Origin: Sphingomicrobium sp.
Lineage (GTDB): Bacteria; Pseudomonadota; Alphaproteobacteria; Sphingomonadales; Sphingomonadaceae
Length of the DNA stretch: 64,000 bases
Assembly (NCBI GenBank): GCA_035944075.1
Contig: DASZBO010000017.1
Span: 13,090 to 77,089, forward strand
Direction of reading: 5' to 3'
Shown: positions 9,611 to 19,101 of the stretch, piece by piece
Numbering within the stretch: position 1 is the stretch's first letter
How the letters are laid out: the number at the start of each line of letters is the position of its first letter
Notes under the pieces: generated by a model
Database searches by the model: none
What the model was told of the DNA's origin: nothing
The model's input: the letters and a program-made list of their open reading frames with translations, nothing else
Translations under genes and position numbers: made by a program

Positions 9611-9640
9611 AGGCGGCCCCGGAATCGGGGCCGCCTTTTT
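9611..9640 (+). terminator. Intrinsic terminator
   Basis: AGGCGGCCCCG-GAAT-CGGGGCCGCCT-TTTT. Confidence 0.85.
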
Positions 9641-9857
9641 CGTTTGTATCCCACTAAGTCTTGAGCGAAGGTTCGCCTCATCGGACGATCTCAGGAGATT
9701 GTCGCTCCCGCTTGGCGTTGAATACGCTTTTGAATGGCGAGGAGTTCGACCCGTTCAGCTCAAGAACGGACCTTGGCGGAGCGCGGGCAATCCCACCCCG
9801 ATCACAGCTTTTCTGCCTTTGTTCCGTAGCTGAACTGGAGAGCCAGGTCGTTCTACC

Positions 9858-9873
9858 GTAAACAAATATTAAC
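9858..9873 (+). promoter_or_regulatory. CtrA-like box (one mismatch) upstream of the virB operon
   Basis: GTAA ACAAATA TTAAC. Confidence 0.45.
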
Positions 9874-9884
9874 TATCTCGCCCG

Positions 9885-10616
9885 ATGGTCCTCTCTGTGC
9901 ATAATAGCCGAGGTTACCCAGGGGGGTGGCGGAGATTGTTGGTTAATTCCTCACTGCTAATTGCAGTTTGTTTTCACTTATCGCGCAGCTGGCGCGTTGC
10001 CGTGGCCGCCGCAGGCGTTGCCGCAGGTCTGTTTGCGTCGCCGGCAGGAGCCCAGGTTATGGACATTGCTACGGACGGCACGGTCTCCGTGCGCCAGGGC
10101 GCCGGCGCTGCGAGTTGGGTTGTCACGAGCCCGGCGTCCGACCAGACTGTGGATGAAAATGGTTCGCCGGTCGTGATTCCCGATGGAGCGATCACAGACA
10201 TCAGCCCGGCTCCGGTGCCAGCACAATATGCCGCTGCTCTCACGAGGGCGGCAACGGCTGCAAACATCAGCCCTGCACTCCTTTCCGCGCTCGTTTGGCA
10301 GGAAAGTCGCTGGAACGCACAGGCCGTGTCCCGCAAGGGCGCGATTGGGCTTGCGCAGTTGATGCCGGCTACGGCGCGGTACCTCGGCGTCAATCCGATG
10401 GACCCTGTCGCCAACCTCAACGGAGGGGCGCGATATCTTCGCCAACTCCTTGATCAATTTGACGGAAATGTCGAAAAGGCGCTCGCCGCCTACAACGCGG
10501 GCGCGGCCCGCGTGCGCAATGCAGGCGGCGTTCCAGCAATCGCCGAGACAAGAAATTACGTGACGTCGATCGTGCGTCGCATCGCCTTGTCCGGCTCCAC
10601 GGGAGGATCTCAATGA
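9885..10616 (+). CDS. virB1: Lytic transglycosylase (SLT domain), VirB1-like
   Basis: LVWQESRW, AIGLAQLMPATA, ALAAYNAG, IAETRNYV; stop overlaps the virB2 start; true start probably somewhat downstream. Confidence 0.85.
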   Translation: MVLSVHNSRGYPGGWRRLLVNSSLLIAVCFHLSRSWRVAVAAAGVAAGLFASPAGAQVMDIATDGTVSVRQGAGAASWVVTSPASDQTVDENGSPVVIPDGAITDISPAPVPAQYAAALTRAATAANISPALLSALVWQESRWNAQAVSRKGAIGLAQLMPATARYLGVNPMDPVANLNGGARYLRQLLDQFDGNVEKALAAYNAGAARVRNAGGVPAIAETRNYVTSIVRRIALSGSTGGSQ

Positions 10617-10921
10617 TAGGCAAGCGGGCAATTGCCGCTTTTTCAATGGTCATGGCCAGCGCTCCGGCAGCCGCTGCGGGTGCTGTTAATCCGCAAGGCT
10701 CGGGGCCGGTCGTCAGCGCCCTCATGTGGCTTCAGGGGACGCTCCTTGGCAATGTCGCGACAGCGGTCGCGGTGATCGCCGTCGCAATGGTCGGTTTCAT
10801 GATGCTGACCGGGCGCATGAACTGGCGGTTCGGAGCGACCGTGATCATCGGCTGTTTCATCCTGTTCGGATCGGCTGCGATCGTCAGCGGCATCCAGGCC
10901 AGCGCGGCAGCGGCAGGCTAA
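10613..10921 (+). CDS. virB2: TrbC/VirB2 pilin
   Basis: Signal peptide plus two hydrophobic helices, GTLLGNVATAVAVIAVA..G..GR. Confidence 0.9.
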   Translation: MIGKRAIAAFSMVMASAPAAAAGAVNPQGSGPVVSALMWLQGTLLGNVATAVAVIAVAMVGFMMLTGRMNWRFGATVIIGCFILFGSAAIVSGIQASAAAAG

Positions 10922-10925
10922 GCGC

Positions 10926-11207
10926 ATGGCACTTTCAAGGTCGCCAGTGTTTCGCGCCCTGACCCGTCCGCAGATGTTCGCGGGCGTTACCTACAGCTAT
11001 TTCATCATCAACGCCGCGGTCACGACCGAAGCCTTTCTCATCACGCACAGCTTCATCGCGCTTCCCGTCGCGCTTGGAGTGCATGTGATCGGCTATTTTG
11101 CCTGTCTTCGTGAGCCCCGGATCTTCGACCTCTGGATCACCAAGGTCAGCCGCTGCCCCCGCGTGCGCAATTGGAAGCATTGGGGCTGCAACAGTTACGC
11201 GCCTTGA
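10926..11207 (+). CDS. virB3: VirB3
   Basis: PVFRALTRPQMFAGV, two TM segments, EPRIFDLW, NSYAP end. Confidence 0.92.
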   Translation: MALSRSPVFRALTRPQMFAGVTYSYFIINAAVTTEAFLITHSFIALPVALGVHVIGYFACLREPRIFDLWITKVSRCPRVRNWKHWGCNSYAP

Positions 11208-11209
11208 GC

Positions 11210-13627
11210 ATGAAAGCATCGTCTATGGTTAAGTGGTTCGGACCGGCAGCGTGGGGAAAGAAGGAAGCCAAGGCGGGCGACCGGCTTCCCTATGCCCGGC
11301 ACGTCGACAGCTCGACCCTGCGCCTTCGCGACGGGTCGCTGATGCGCTCGATGCGGCTTGCAGGCTTTCCCTTCGAAACCGAGGAAGACGACGTCCTCAA
11401 CCACATGCTCGCGGTTCGCGACGTGGTGCTGCGGAGCGCGCTCAATTCGAAGGCGGTTCTCTATCATCACCTCATTCGCCGCCTCGTAAAGGTGGACCTT
11501 GGCGCACAAACGCCGGATCCATTTTCCGCCGAGATCGATCGCCGCTGGACCGCGCAGATGAACGAGGGGCGGCTGTTCCTCAACGAGCAGTTCCTGACGA
11601 TCGTCGTCCGCCCGCCGCGCGGCAAGGCCGGCATCCCCGAACGCCTCAGCAAGCTTGGCGCCAAATCGTCGGGCGAATTGAGCGGTGCTGAAGTGCTCGA
11701 GCTCGATTCTGCGACCGCCGCGCTCTCGGCAGCGCTGCAATCCTATGGCGTTCGCGTCCTTGGTACCTACGAGAATGAGACCGGGGTCTATTCAGAACCG
11801 CTCGAGCTCCTTTCGGCACTCTACAATGGCGAGATGCGGCCCGTCCTTCTCCCGCGCTCTGACCAGGACCTTGGTCATCATATTCCTTATTCGCGGGTGA
11901 GCTTCGGCCTCGACGCGATCGAGGTGAGGGGGCCGGCAAGCCGGAGCTTCGCTAGCTTGCTCGGCATCAAGGAATATCCCGACGCAAGTCGCGCCGGGCT
12001 GCTCGACGCCGTCCTTCGCGTGCCCCACGAGCTTGTCATCTCCGAGAGCTTCGCGCCGATCGAACGTCAGACCGCCCGCGAGCGCATCGACCTCTCGCTC
12101 CGACGCCTCAAGAGCGCCGACGAGGGTGCTGCGACCGAGCGCGCCGAAATGCTTGCCGCCCGGGATGCCGTTGGCGCGGGCCAGATGAGCTTTGGCGATC
12201 ATCATCTCAGCCTTCTCGTTCGGAGTGGCTCGCTCGAAACACTTGAAAGCGCGACGGCTGATGCGGCTGCGGCACTCGCTGACATCGGCGCGGTAGCGGT
12301 TCGCGAGGACATCAACCTCGAACCCGCCTTCTGGGGGCAGTTCCCGGGGAACGAGCAATTTGTCGTTCGGCGCGCGCTCATTTCGAGCGCCAATGCGGCC
12401 GGGTTCATCTCGCTCCACGGATTCCCGATGGGTCGAGCGCGCGGCAATCACTGGGGTGAAGCGGTCAGCGTTTTCGAGACGACCAGCTCGACGCCTTATT
12501 TCTTCAACTTCCACGAAGGCGATCTGGGCAACTTCACGATCATCGGCCCTTCCGGTTCGGGCAAGACCGTCGTCCTTAATTTCCTCGCCGCTCAGGCGCA
12601 GAAATTTTCGCCCCGGACGATCCTGTTCGACAAGGATAGGGGCTCGGAGATCTTCCTCCGCGCGCTCGGCGGCCGCTATGAGCGGCTCGCGCGGGGAGCT
12701 GCGACCGGCTTCAACCCGCTGCGTTTGCCGGACAATGCCGGCAATCGCGCGTTCTTGCGCGACTGGCTTGCGAACCTCCTCGATGTCAGCGGGCCCGACG
12801 AAGAGTCGGTCGTCGCGAAAGCCATCGACGAGATCTTCGCCCATGGCCCCGAGCTTCGCCGCCTGCGCTTCCTTCGCGATCTCTTGGGCAGCGGTCGGCG
12901 CCCGCAGCCCGGCGATCTGCCTTCGCGTCTCGATCCGTGGATTCTCGAAGGTGAGCATGCGTGGTTGTTCGACAATCGCGACGACCAGCTTGATTTCTCC
13001 AATCGCGTTCTCGGCTTTGACATGACCGAGCTCCTGGAGGACCGGAAGCTCCGCACGCCGGTGCTGCTCTATCTGTTCCATCGGATCGAGCAGCGGCTCG
13101 ACGGATCGCCGACCATGATCCTCATCGACGAGGCCTGGAAAGCGCTCGATGATCCGATGTTCGCGCAACGCATCCGCAACTGGATGAAGACGCTTCGCAA
13201 ACGCAACGCGATGATCGGTTTTGCCACACAATCGGCAGCCGACGCGCTCGACAGCTCGATTTCCTCGGCGATTGTCGAACAGACCGCGACCGCGATCTTC
13301 ATGCCCAACAACAAGGCGCGCGAAGAGCATTATTGCAAGGGGTTCGGCCTCAGCGCGCAGGAGTTCGAGTTCATCCGGAGCTTGCCGGCGCACAGCCGCT
13401 GCTTCCTCGTCCGGCAATCGAACCGATCTGTCGTCGTTCGGCTCGACCTTGGCGGAATGCCCGACGTGTTGACCGTTCTCTCAGGCCGCGAATCCAACGT
13501 TCGCCGCCTCGACGAAATCCGGGCAGCGGTCGGCGACGATCCGTCCCTATGGTATCCGATGCTGACCCGTTCGCCTTGGCCGGGCGCGCCCGCTGGCGAT
13601 GACTACTGGCTGGAAGCGGCCGAATGA
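11210..13627 (+). CDS. virB4: VirB4 ATPase
   Basis: Walker A GPSGSGKT, FDKDRG, Walker B ILIDEAW, FATQS. Confidence 0.95.
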   Translation: MKASSMVKWFGPAAWGKKEAKAGDRLPYARHVDSSTLRLRDGSLMRSMRLAGFPFETEEDDVLNHMLAVRDVVLRSALNSKAVLYHHLIRRLVKVDLGAQTPDPFSAEIDRRWTAQMNEGRLFLNEQFLTIVVRPPRGKAGIPERLSKLGAKSSGELSGAEVLELDSATAALSAALQSYGVRVLGTYENETGVYSEPLELLSALYNGEMRPVLLPRSDQDLGHHIPYSRVSFGLDAIEVRGPASRSFASLLGIKEYPDASRAGLLDAVLRVPHELVISESFAPIERQTARERIDLSLRRLKSADEGAATERAEMLAARDAVGAGQMSFGDHHLSLLVRSGSLETLESATADAAAALADIGAVAVREDINLEPAFWGQFPGNEQFVVRRALISSANAAGFISLHGFPMGRARGNHWGEAVSVFETTSSTPYFFNFHEGDLGNFTIIGPSGSGKTVVLNFLAAQAQKFSPRTILFDKDRGSEIFLRALGGRYERLARGAATGFNPLRLPDNAGNRAFLRDWLANLLDVSGPDEESVVAKAIDEIFAHGPELRRLRFLRDLLGSGRRPQPGDLPSRLDPWILEGEHAWLFDNRDDQLDFSNRVLGFDMTELLEDRKLRTPVLLYLFHRIEQRLDGSPTMILIDEAWKALDDPMFAQRIRNWMKTLRKRNAMIGFATQSAADALDSSISSAIVEQTATAIFMPNNKAREEHYCKGFGLSAQEFEFIRSLPAHSRCFLVRQSNRSVVVRLDLGGMPDVLTVLSGRESNVRRLDEIRAAVGDDPSLWYPMLTRSPWPGAPAGDDYWLEAAE

Positions 13628-14823
13628 CGCAGTGCCAATCGTTTGGCGCGGAAGGGCCGCAGGGCATCGCCGATGCGCTGCAGAAGGTCGACTGCCTCGC
13701 GACCGACGCCACAAGCGTGTCGTTCGGCCGGTTGTTCGGCGCGCACGGCAATTTCCAGACCGCGCTAACGATTATCCTTACGCTCTACATCGCGCTTCTC
13801 GCCTTCAATCTCCTGACCGGGAGGTCGGCGCTTCGGATATCGGTTCTTACGCCGCGCATGATGACCTTGGGGCTGGTGTTGACGTTCGCCACCTCATGGG
13901 TCGCTTATCAGTCGGTCGTCTGGAACCTTGCGACCGGCGCTCCCGATGAAATCGCGAGCGTGCTCGTGGGAACCAAGGGCTCGGCAACCGTTGCTTTTGC
14001 CCAGCAGCTGGACGGTTTCTTCAACGCAATCACGGATGCGGCCTCGAGCGCCCAGCCCAATCCTCAGACCGTTGCGGCAAACCCTGCCGCGATCGCGGCT
14101 GCCTCGGGCGTCACGTCGTCGACCAACATTCTTTCGATCGGCGCGCTCATCATGCTTCTGGGCACCGTTGGCGTGCTGGTTGTCTGCCGTCTTGCGCTCG
14201 CTGCGCTCCTCATCATCGGGCCGGTCTTCATCGTTCTCGCGCTCTTCGAGGGGACGCGCGGCCTGTTCGAGGGATGGCTGAAAAGCGTTGTCCTGTTCGC
14301 GCTCGTTCCGCTTCTCACCGTCCTGATGGGCAGCGGAGCCCTCGTGGCCATTGCACCAATGGTGGCGGGGCTCGATCAGGCCGGAGCAGACGTACCCATG
14401 AGAACCGCAGTGTCGATCCTGGTTGCCTCGATCATCTACGCTTCCCTGATGCTGCTTGTGATCAAGGTCGCCGCGAACCTCACGCGAGGCTGGCGGATGG
14501 CAAAGACTCCTGGACTTGTTCCCTCGTTTGGCAATGGAGGGTTCTCACTCCATCAGGAACGCAGTCCCGTCACGGCTGCTGCACCCGCCACTTCCGGAGC
14601 GACGCTGGTTGCCTCGGACCGGGTCCGGAGCACGGTCGCAAGTCTTGAAACGATGTCCGCGTCGCACCGCCTTCCGCCACCCGCCACGACGCGGTTCGCC
14701 ATGCCCGCTCCCGTGCCGCAGCTCAGCCTCGCAGGCCCAAGCGATGCCCGCTCACAGCTTCGATATCTTCATCACCGGGTCGCCGGTGCTTCCACCCCTG
14801 TTTCGCGAGAGATGCTGCGATGA
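13624..14823 (+). CDS. virB6: VirB6/TrbL-family inner membrane protein
   Basis: Multiple TM segments, GPVFIVLALFEGTRGLFEGWL; ATGA overlap with virB4. Confidence 0.88.
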   Translation: MTQCQSFGAEGPQGIADALQKVDCLATDATSVSFGRLFGAHGNFQTALTIILTLYIALLAFNLLTGRSALRISVLTPRMMTLGLVLTFATSWVAYQSVVWNLATGAPDEIASVLVGTKGSATVAFAQQLDGFFNAITDAASSAQPNPQTVAANPAAIAAASGVTSSTNILSIGALIMLLGTVGVLVVCRLALAALLIIGPVFIVLALFEGTRGLFEGWLKSVVLFALVPLLTVLMGSGALVAIAPMVAGLDQAGADVPMRTAVSILVASIIYASLMLLVIKVAANLTRGWRMAKTPGLVPSFGNGGFSLHQERSPVTAAAPATSGATLVASDRVRSTVASLETMSASHRLPPPATTRFAMPAPVPQLSLAGPSDARSQLRYLHHRVAGASTPVSREMLR

Positions 14824-15755
14824 TTCGCAAGTTTAGTTTTGCTGCGTTGACCCTTTTTGCTTCGAGCGCTGCCTTTGCGGCAAGCGACGGCCGCATCCGT
14901 ACGCTCGCTTACAATCCGGACCAGATCGTTCGCATACTCGGCAAGCCCGGCATCCAGTCGACCATCGAATTCGCCCCAGACGAGCGGATTGAAAATGTCG
15001 CGGTCGGCGATTCATCCGCCTGGCAGATTACACCCAACCGGCGGGCAAGCCTCCTGTTCGTGAAACCGCTTGTGGCACGTAGCCGGACCAACATGACCGT
15101 CGTAACCGACCGTCGCACGTATATGTTCGACCTGCTGGCGGAGGGTAAATCGACAGCGGCCGTCTATGCGCTGAAGTTCAGTTATCCGCACGAAAAGCAG
15201 ATCGAAGAACCCGTCAAGGTCGCCCAGCCCGTTGTTGCCGCGGCGGCGGAGCAATCGTCGGTTGCGACCATGACCGCCGACAAGCTCCATTTCGATTGGA
15301 AGACCAAGGGGGCCGGCAAGCTTCTGCCGACCCGCGTCTTCGACGATGGCTCGTCGCTCTATCTGCTCTGGGGTAAGGACACGCCGCTGCCCGCGATCCT
15401 CACCGAGTCCGAGGACCGCAAGGAAGGGCCGGTCAACTATCGGATGAGCGGCGAATATATAGTCATCAACCCGATCCCGGCGAACCTCGTCCTTCGCTAT
15501 GGCAACAAATATGCGCTTCTCTGGCCATCGCGCCGGATCGACCCGCCGGCGCGCTCGACGCCAAATGCAATGGAGGGACGTCTCGCTGCCAATGTCACGC
15601 CGACGCAAAGCCCGGCGGAACAGCCATCTCCGATCCCGCCTGCTCGGCAAGCCGCCGTCGCGGCCCAACCAAAACCGGAACCGGGCGCAGTAAAGCTCGC
15701 AAACATGACCTCGCTCTACAGCGACAAACTGACGGACAATCGCCATGACCGTTAA
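14820..15755 (+). CDS. virB9: VirB9/TrbG-family core protein with a Pro-rich tail
   Basis: DGRIRTLAYNPDQIV, IENVAVGDS, TNMTVVTDRRTY, PTRVFDDG, VNYR. Confidence 0.92.
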   Translation: MIRKFSFAALTLFASSAAFAASDGRIRTLAYNPDQIVRILGKPGIQSTIEFAPDERIENVAVGDSSAWQITPNRRASLLFVKPLVARSRTNMTVVTDRRTYMFDLLAEGKSTAAVYALKFSYPHEKQIEEPVKVAQPVVAAAAEQSSVATMTADKLHFDWKTKGAGKLLPTRVFDDGSSLYLLWGKDTPLPAILTESEDRKEGPVNYRMSGEYIVINPIPANLVLRYGNKYALLWPSRRIDPPARSTPNAMEGRLAANVTPTQSPAEQPSPIPPARQAAVAAQPKPEPGAVKLANMTSLYSDKLTDNRHDR

Positions 15756-16920
15756 ACCCGTCGTCATCGACGCTCCCTCGAACACCGTTCGTGGTCCCTG
15801 GGAGGACCATGGCCGAACGACTCTTCCCGCCCCGGTTCCGCAGACGGATCCGCGTCTCGAGCTCAGCGAGCAGGCACTGGTCGTTGCGAGCACGAACGCC
15901 TTCCCGATCGTTGCACGCCAGAAGAGCCGCCGCGATAGTCTGGGTCTCGCCGCTGGAGGAGCCGTAGCGCTCGTCCTTGGCTGCGCGACCTTCCTTTCGC
16001 TAAGCTCGGGTCGTCACGCGCCCGCGGCCGCCGGGACTGGCGTCGCGGTCGCTCCCGAAGTCCGTCCCGGTCTGCCGATGGGGGCACCTGTTCCGGGTAA
16101 GCCCTTGGCGATGCCGCCGACGACGGTTCCTTCACAACCACAGCCCACGCCCATGGCGGGAATGGCTCACGCGCCGGCGACGTCGGCGATGCCCGGCATG
16201 GCGCCAACGTCCGCACCGGTGCTCGTTTACGACGGCAGTTCGACGCCAATGACGACCGTCACGGCAGGACCCAACACTCCGCGGACCGCCGAAGGCGCTC
16301 CCGCCCTCCTTGCTGGAGGAATGCCCGGTGGAAGCGCGATCGGCGACAATAATACGGCCCATGCGACGAAACTCGCTGAACCCGCGAGCACGGTCGTCCA
16401 GGGTACGCTCATTCCGGCGGTGCTCGAGACCGCTATCGATACGGACGTGCCAGGTTATGCCCGCGCGGTGGTCAGCCAGGACGTGCGGTCGTTTGACGGC
16501 AGTCGCGTCCTCATTCCGCGCTCGTCGCGCCTCATCGGTGAATATAAGGGCGTGACCCAGGCCGGCCAGCGCCGAGCGTTCCTCATGTGGACACGGCTCG
16601 TTCGGCCGGACGGCGTATCCATCGCACTGGGCTCGCCTGCTGCGGACTTCTCCGGGCAGGCTGGTATCGGGGGCCAGGTCAACAGCCACTTCATCTCCCG
16701 CTTTGGTTCTTCAATCCTGCTGTCGATCCTCGGCGGGGCTGGATCGCTGTTCACCGGCGGCAGCTCGACCGTTGTCGTTTCGGGCGGCCAGAGCGCTGCT
16801 TCCGTTGCTGCACAGCACGACGGCAATCGTCCGCCAACGATCAAAGTTCAGCAGGGACAGCCCATTCGCGTATTCACGGCACGCGACCTCATTTTCTCGG
16901 ATACCGGGGCGGACGGTTGA
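15745..16920 (+). CDS. virB10: VirB10/TrbI-family core protein
   Basis: TM plus Pro-rich linker, QGTLIPAVLETAIDTDVPG, LIPRSSRLIGEY, PTIKVQQG. Confidence 0.93.
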   Translation: MTVKPVVIDAPSNTVRGPWEDHGRTTLPAPVPQTDPRLELSEQALVVASTNAFPIVARQKSRRDSLGLAAGGAVALVLGCATFLSLSSGRHAPAAAGTGVAVAPEVRPGLPMGAPVPGKPLAMPPTTVPSQPQPTPMAGMAHAPATSAMPGMAPTSAPVLVYDGSSTPMTTVTAGPNTPRTAEGAPALLAGGMPGGSAIGDNNTAHATKLAEPASTVVQGTLIPAVLETAIDTDVPGYARAVVSQDVRSFDGSRVLIPRSSRLIGEYKGVTQAGQRRAFLMWTRLVRPDGVSIALGSPAADFSGQAGIGGQVNSHFISRFGSSILLSILGGAGSLFTGGSSTVVVSGGQSAASVAAQHDGNRPPTIKVQQGQPIRVFTARDLIFSDTGADG

Positions 16921-17939
16921 GCGAAGCCGAACCGATTCTGGTCACCGATGCGGTCGACCCGTTCCTCGAGGCATACCTCGAGCCCTTCCGCGCGTGGTTG
17001 TCCCAGCCGGACGTAACGGAGATCCTCGTCAACGCTCCCGGGGAAGCCTGGATCGAGCAGCGGGGGCGGATGACCTGTCACAAGGTCGAGAAGATCGACG
17101 ATGCGCTGCTGCAGCGCCTCGCCGAGCAGGTTGCGCGCGTCAGCAACCAGGGCATCAGCCGCGAGCGGCCGCTGCTTGCCGCGATGCTGCCAAACGGTGC
17201 ACGCGTCCAGTTCGTAGCTCCGACGGCGACGCGCGCGCACTGGGCGCTCGCGATCCGCCGACACTGCCTTCTAGACCTCCCGCTAGACGCCTACGCCACG
17301 GGGCCCCTTCAGCCCCAGCGCAAGACGGTCGCGATCGCGCCCGAAGAGGATCCGATCGGATTTCTTCGGCAGGCCGTCGCCGAGCGCAAGACCATCCTCA
17401 TCAGCGGCGGTACGTCGACCGGAAAGACAACGTTCCTGAACGCGCTGATGCGCGAAGTTCCCGCAGACGAACGGGTGATCGTCGTCGAGGACACCGCCGA
17501 AGTGCAGCTTCATGGTCCCAATGATCTCGGCCTTATCGCGGTGAAGGGCGAGCTCGGCGAAGCCCTCATCAACACGGACGACCTTCTTCAGGCCGCGCTT
17601 CGCCTGCGGCCGGACCGGATTCTCCTTGGCGAGCTTCGCGGCAAGGAGGCGGTGAGCTTCCTTCGAGCAGTGAATACCGGCCATCCCGGCTCGTTCAGCA
17701 CGATCCACGCGAATTCGACCAGCGGGGCTCTGGAGCAGCTCGCCCTCATGGTCATGCAATCGGGGCTTGGACTGACGCGCAGCGAAACCATTGATTACGC
17801 ACGTTCGGTTATCGACGTCGTGGTTCAGCTCGGCCGCGAAGGCGCGCAGCGAAAAATCGTGGCAATCGAGCAGCTGTCGCCGGCAAGTCCGGCGGCTGAG
17901 CTGTCGATCCGCCAGATCCTCAGTCGGGTAGCGGCATAA
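16917..17939 (+). CDS. virB11: VirB11 P-type DNA transfer ATPase
   Basis: Walker A GGTSTGKT, LRLRPDRILLGELRG, TGHPGSFSTIHAN; TTG start overlapping the virB10 TGA. Confidence 0.93.
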   Translation: MSEAEPILVTDAVDPFLEAYLEPFRAWLSQPDVTEILVNAPGEAWIEQRGRMTCHKVEKIDDALLQRLAEQVARVSNQGISRERPLLAAMLPNGARVQFVAPTATRAHWALAIRRHCLLDLPLDAYATGPLQPQRKTVAIAPEEDPIGFLRQAVAERKTILISGGTSTGKTTFLNALMREVPADERVIVVEDTAEVQLHGPNDLGLIAVKGELGEALINTDDLLQAALRLRPDRILLGELRGKEAVSFLRAVNTGHPGSFSTIHANSTSGALEQLALMVMQSGLGLTRSETIDYARSVIDVVVQLGREGAQRKIVAIEQLSPASPAAELSIRQILSRVAA

Positions 17940-18055
17940 CAGGACGTTGCTGGACCATTCTCAGGGTGCCCACATGAAGGCCTGAATCCTCTCAATCGCC
18001 GAGAGCTTCGACAAAGACGTTCGGGCAAGCACATGCTGCAATCCGACAAATTAGC

Positions 18056-18928
18056 TCAGCCAAGCAGCCTATGAGCAAGGCGCTGTAGCTTCGGGGGCAC
18101 CCAGTCGTTAACGAAATGGTGGCGACGGATTTGCCAGTCGGAGCGGTCGCCGCTTTCCGGCCGCGCACGGAAGTTCGTGGTCCGCTGGGGTAGTGCCATC
18201 ACGCCCTCCTCCGGTGCTTGATAATAATAAGTTGCAATGGATCGGCGCGATCGATTGGGAGGACAGTTTAGCGGGTCGGGGTGGCCGTGGAAGCTATCTA
18301 GAGCCGTGTTGAAAATCACGGCCCGCCCAAAGACCGGTTTTACTCGCACGACGCACTCCTTCATCTGCTGATCCCACAGCTCCAGCTGGCCGCCGTAATC
18401 ATCTTCCCAATCTTCGTTTAGGTAGATCAGCAAATTGAGCTTACGCTCCACCTTGAGACGGTCGTGGACATTGAAATCCGCGTGGATTCCTAAATGGCCG
18501 CCACGCTTCGTTTCGTGGAGCCCACCCCCCTCGAGATGAGGGTCTGGGATCAGGCCCGGCAATCCAGTCAATTCCTCAAGGAAACTGATAAAAGCCTGAC
18601 CGTTCAATTCGGCAAAAAGATTGCGGATCAAGCCTGATGAAGTCTCGTGGGGCTGGTATTGGAACTTCAGCCGCTCCTGATCACGATCGAAAAACTGCTT
18701 GTCTTCGCTTGAGGGGAAATTGGTAAGCACAGCTTCCAAAACTCGCCTGTCGATGAAGTCGTCGATCACGATATGCGGAAACGGCTTGGCACTCTGGTAC
18801 TGTTGCGCGAGCGATTTTCCCAGAGAGCGGCAATCGTTCGCGTCGAAGATAACATAGTCATTGATTCGGGAGACGCGGAGCATAAGGGCATAATACAGCC
18901 GTGAAGATCCAAGCCAAGCATTCGCCAA
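18056..18928 (-). CDS. 2OG-Fe(II) oxygenase (polysaccharide-locus type)
   Basis: GGGLH, HADFN (HxD), LNLLIYLN..W...GG.LELW, HGHP, R.SIA.YYY. Confidence 0.85.
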   Translation of the reverse strand: MANAWLGSSRLYYALMLRVSRINDYVIFDANDCRSLGKSLAQQYQSAKPFPHIVIDDFIDRRVLEAVLTNFPSSEDKQFFDRDQERLKFQYQPHETSSGLIRNLFAELNGQAFISFLEELTGLPGLIPDPHLEGGGLHETKRGGHLGIHADFNVHDRLKVERKLNLLIYLNEDWEDDYGGQLELWDQQMKECVVRVKPVFGRAVIFNTALDSFHGHPDPLNCPPNRSRRSIATYYYQAPEEGVMALPQRTTNFRARPESGDRSDWQIRRHHFVNDWVPPKLQRLAHRLLG

Positions 18929-19101
18929 GGGCGTCCCATCCGGTGTTCAAAAAGAGGACAGGCTGTGATTGGCTCTGTGCTTATGCTGGGGCAGGCATCA
19001 GAGCATATTAATGACGGCACTGAGGCGGAATTCTTACGCTGACTGCATCTGCTATCGCCGGCGCAAAGTCGGTGGGCGATCGAAATCATCCGGGGGCGCC
19101 G

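Noticed and set aside
9735-9770. GTTCGA T-loop-like motif
   Set aside because: No pairing T-stem or cloverleaf; not a tRNA
11792-13417. 541-aa minus-strand ORF
   Set aside because: Antisense shadow of virB4 in GC-rich DNA with no motifs; the same applies to most short overlapping ORFs in the track
16587-16916. N-terminal extension of VirB11 in the ORF track
   Set aside because: Overlaps virB10 in another frame; the TTG at 16917 gives a normal length and a coupled start
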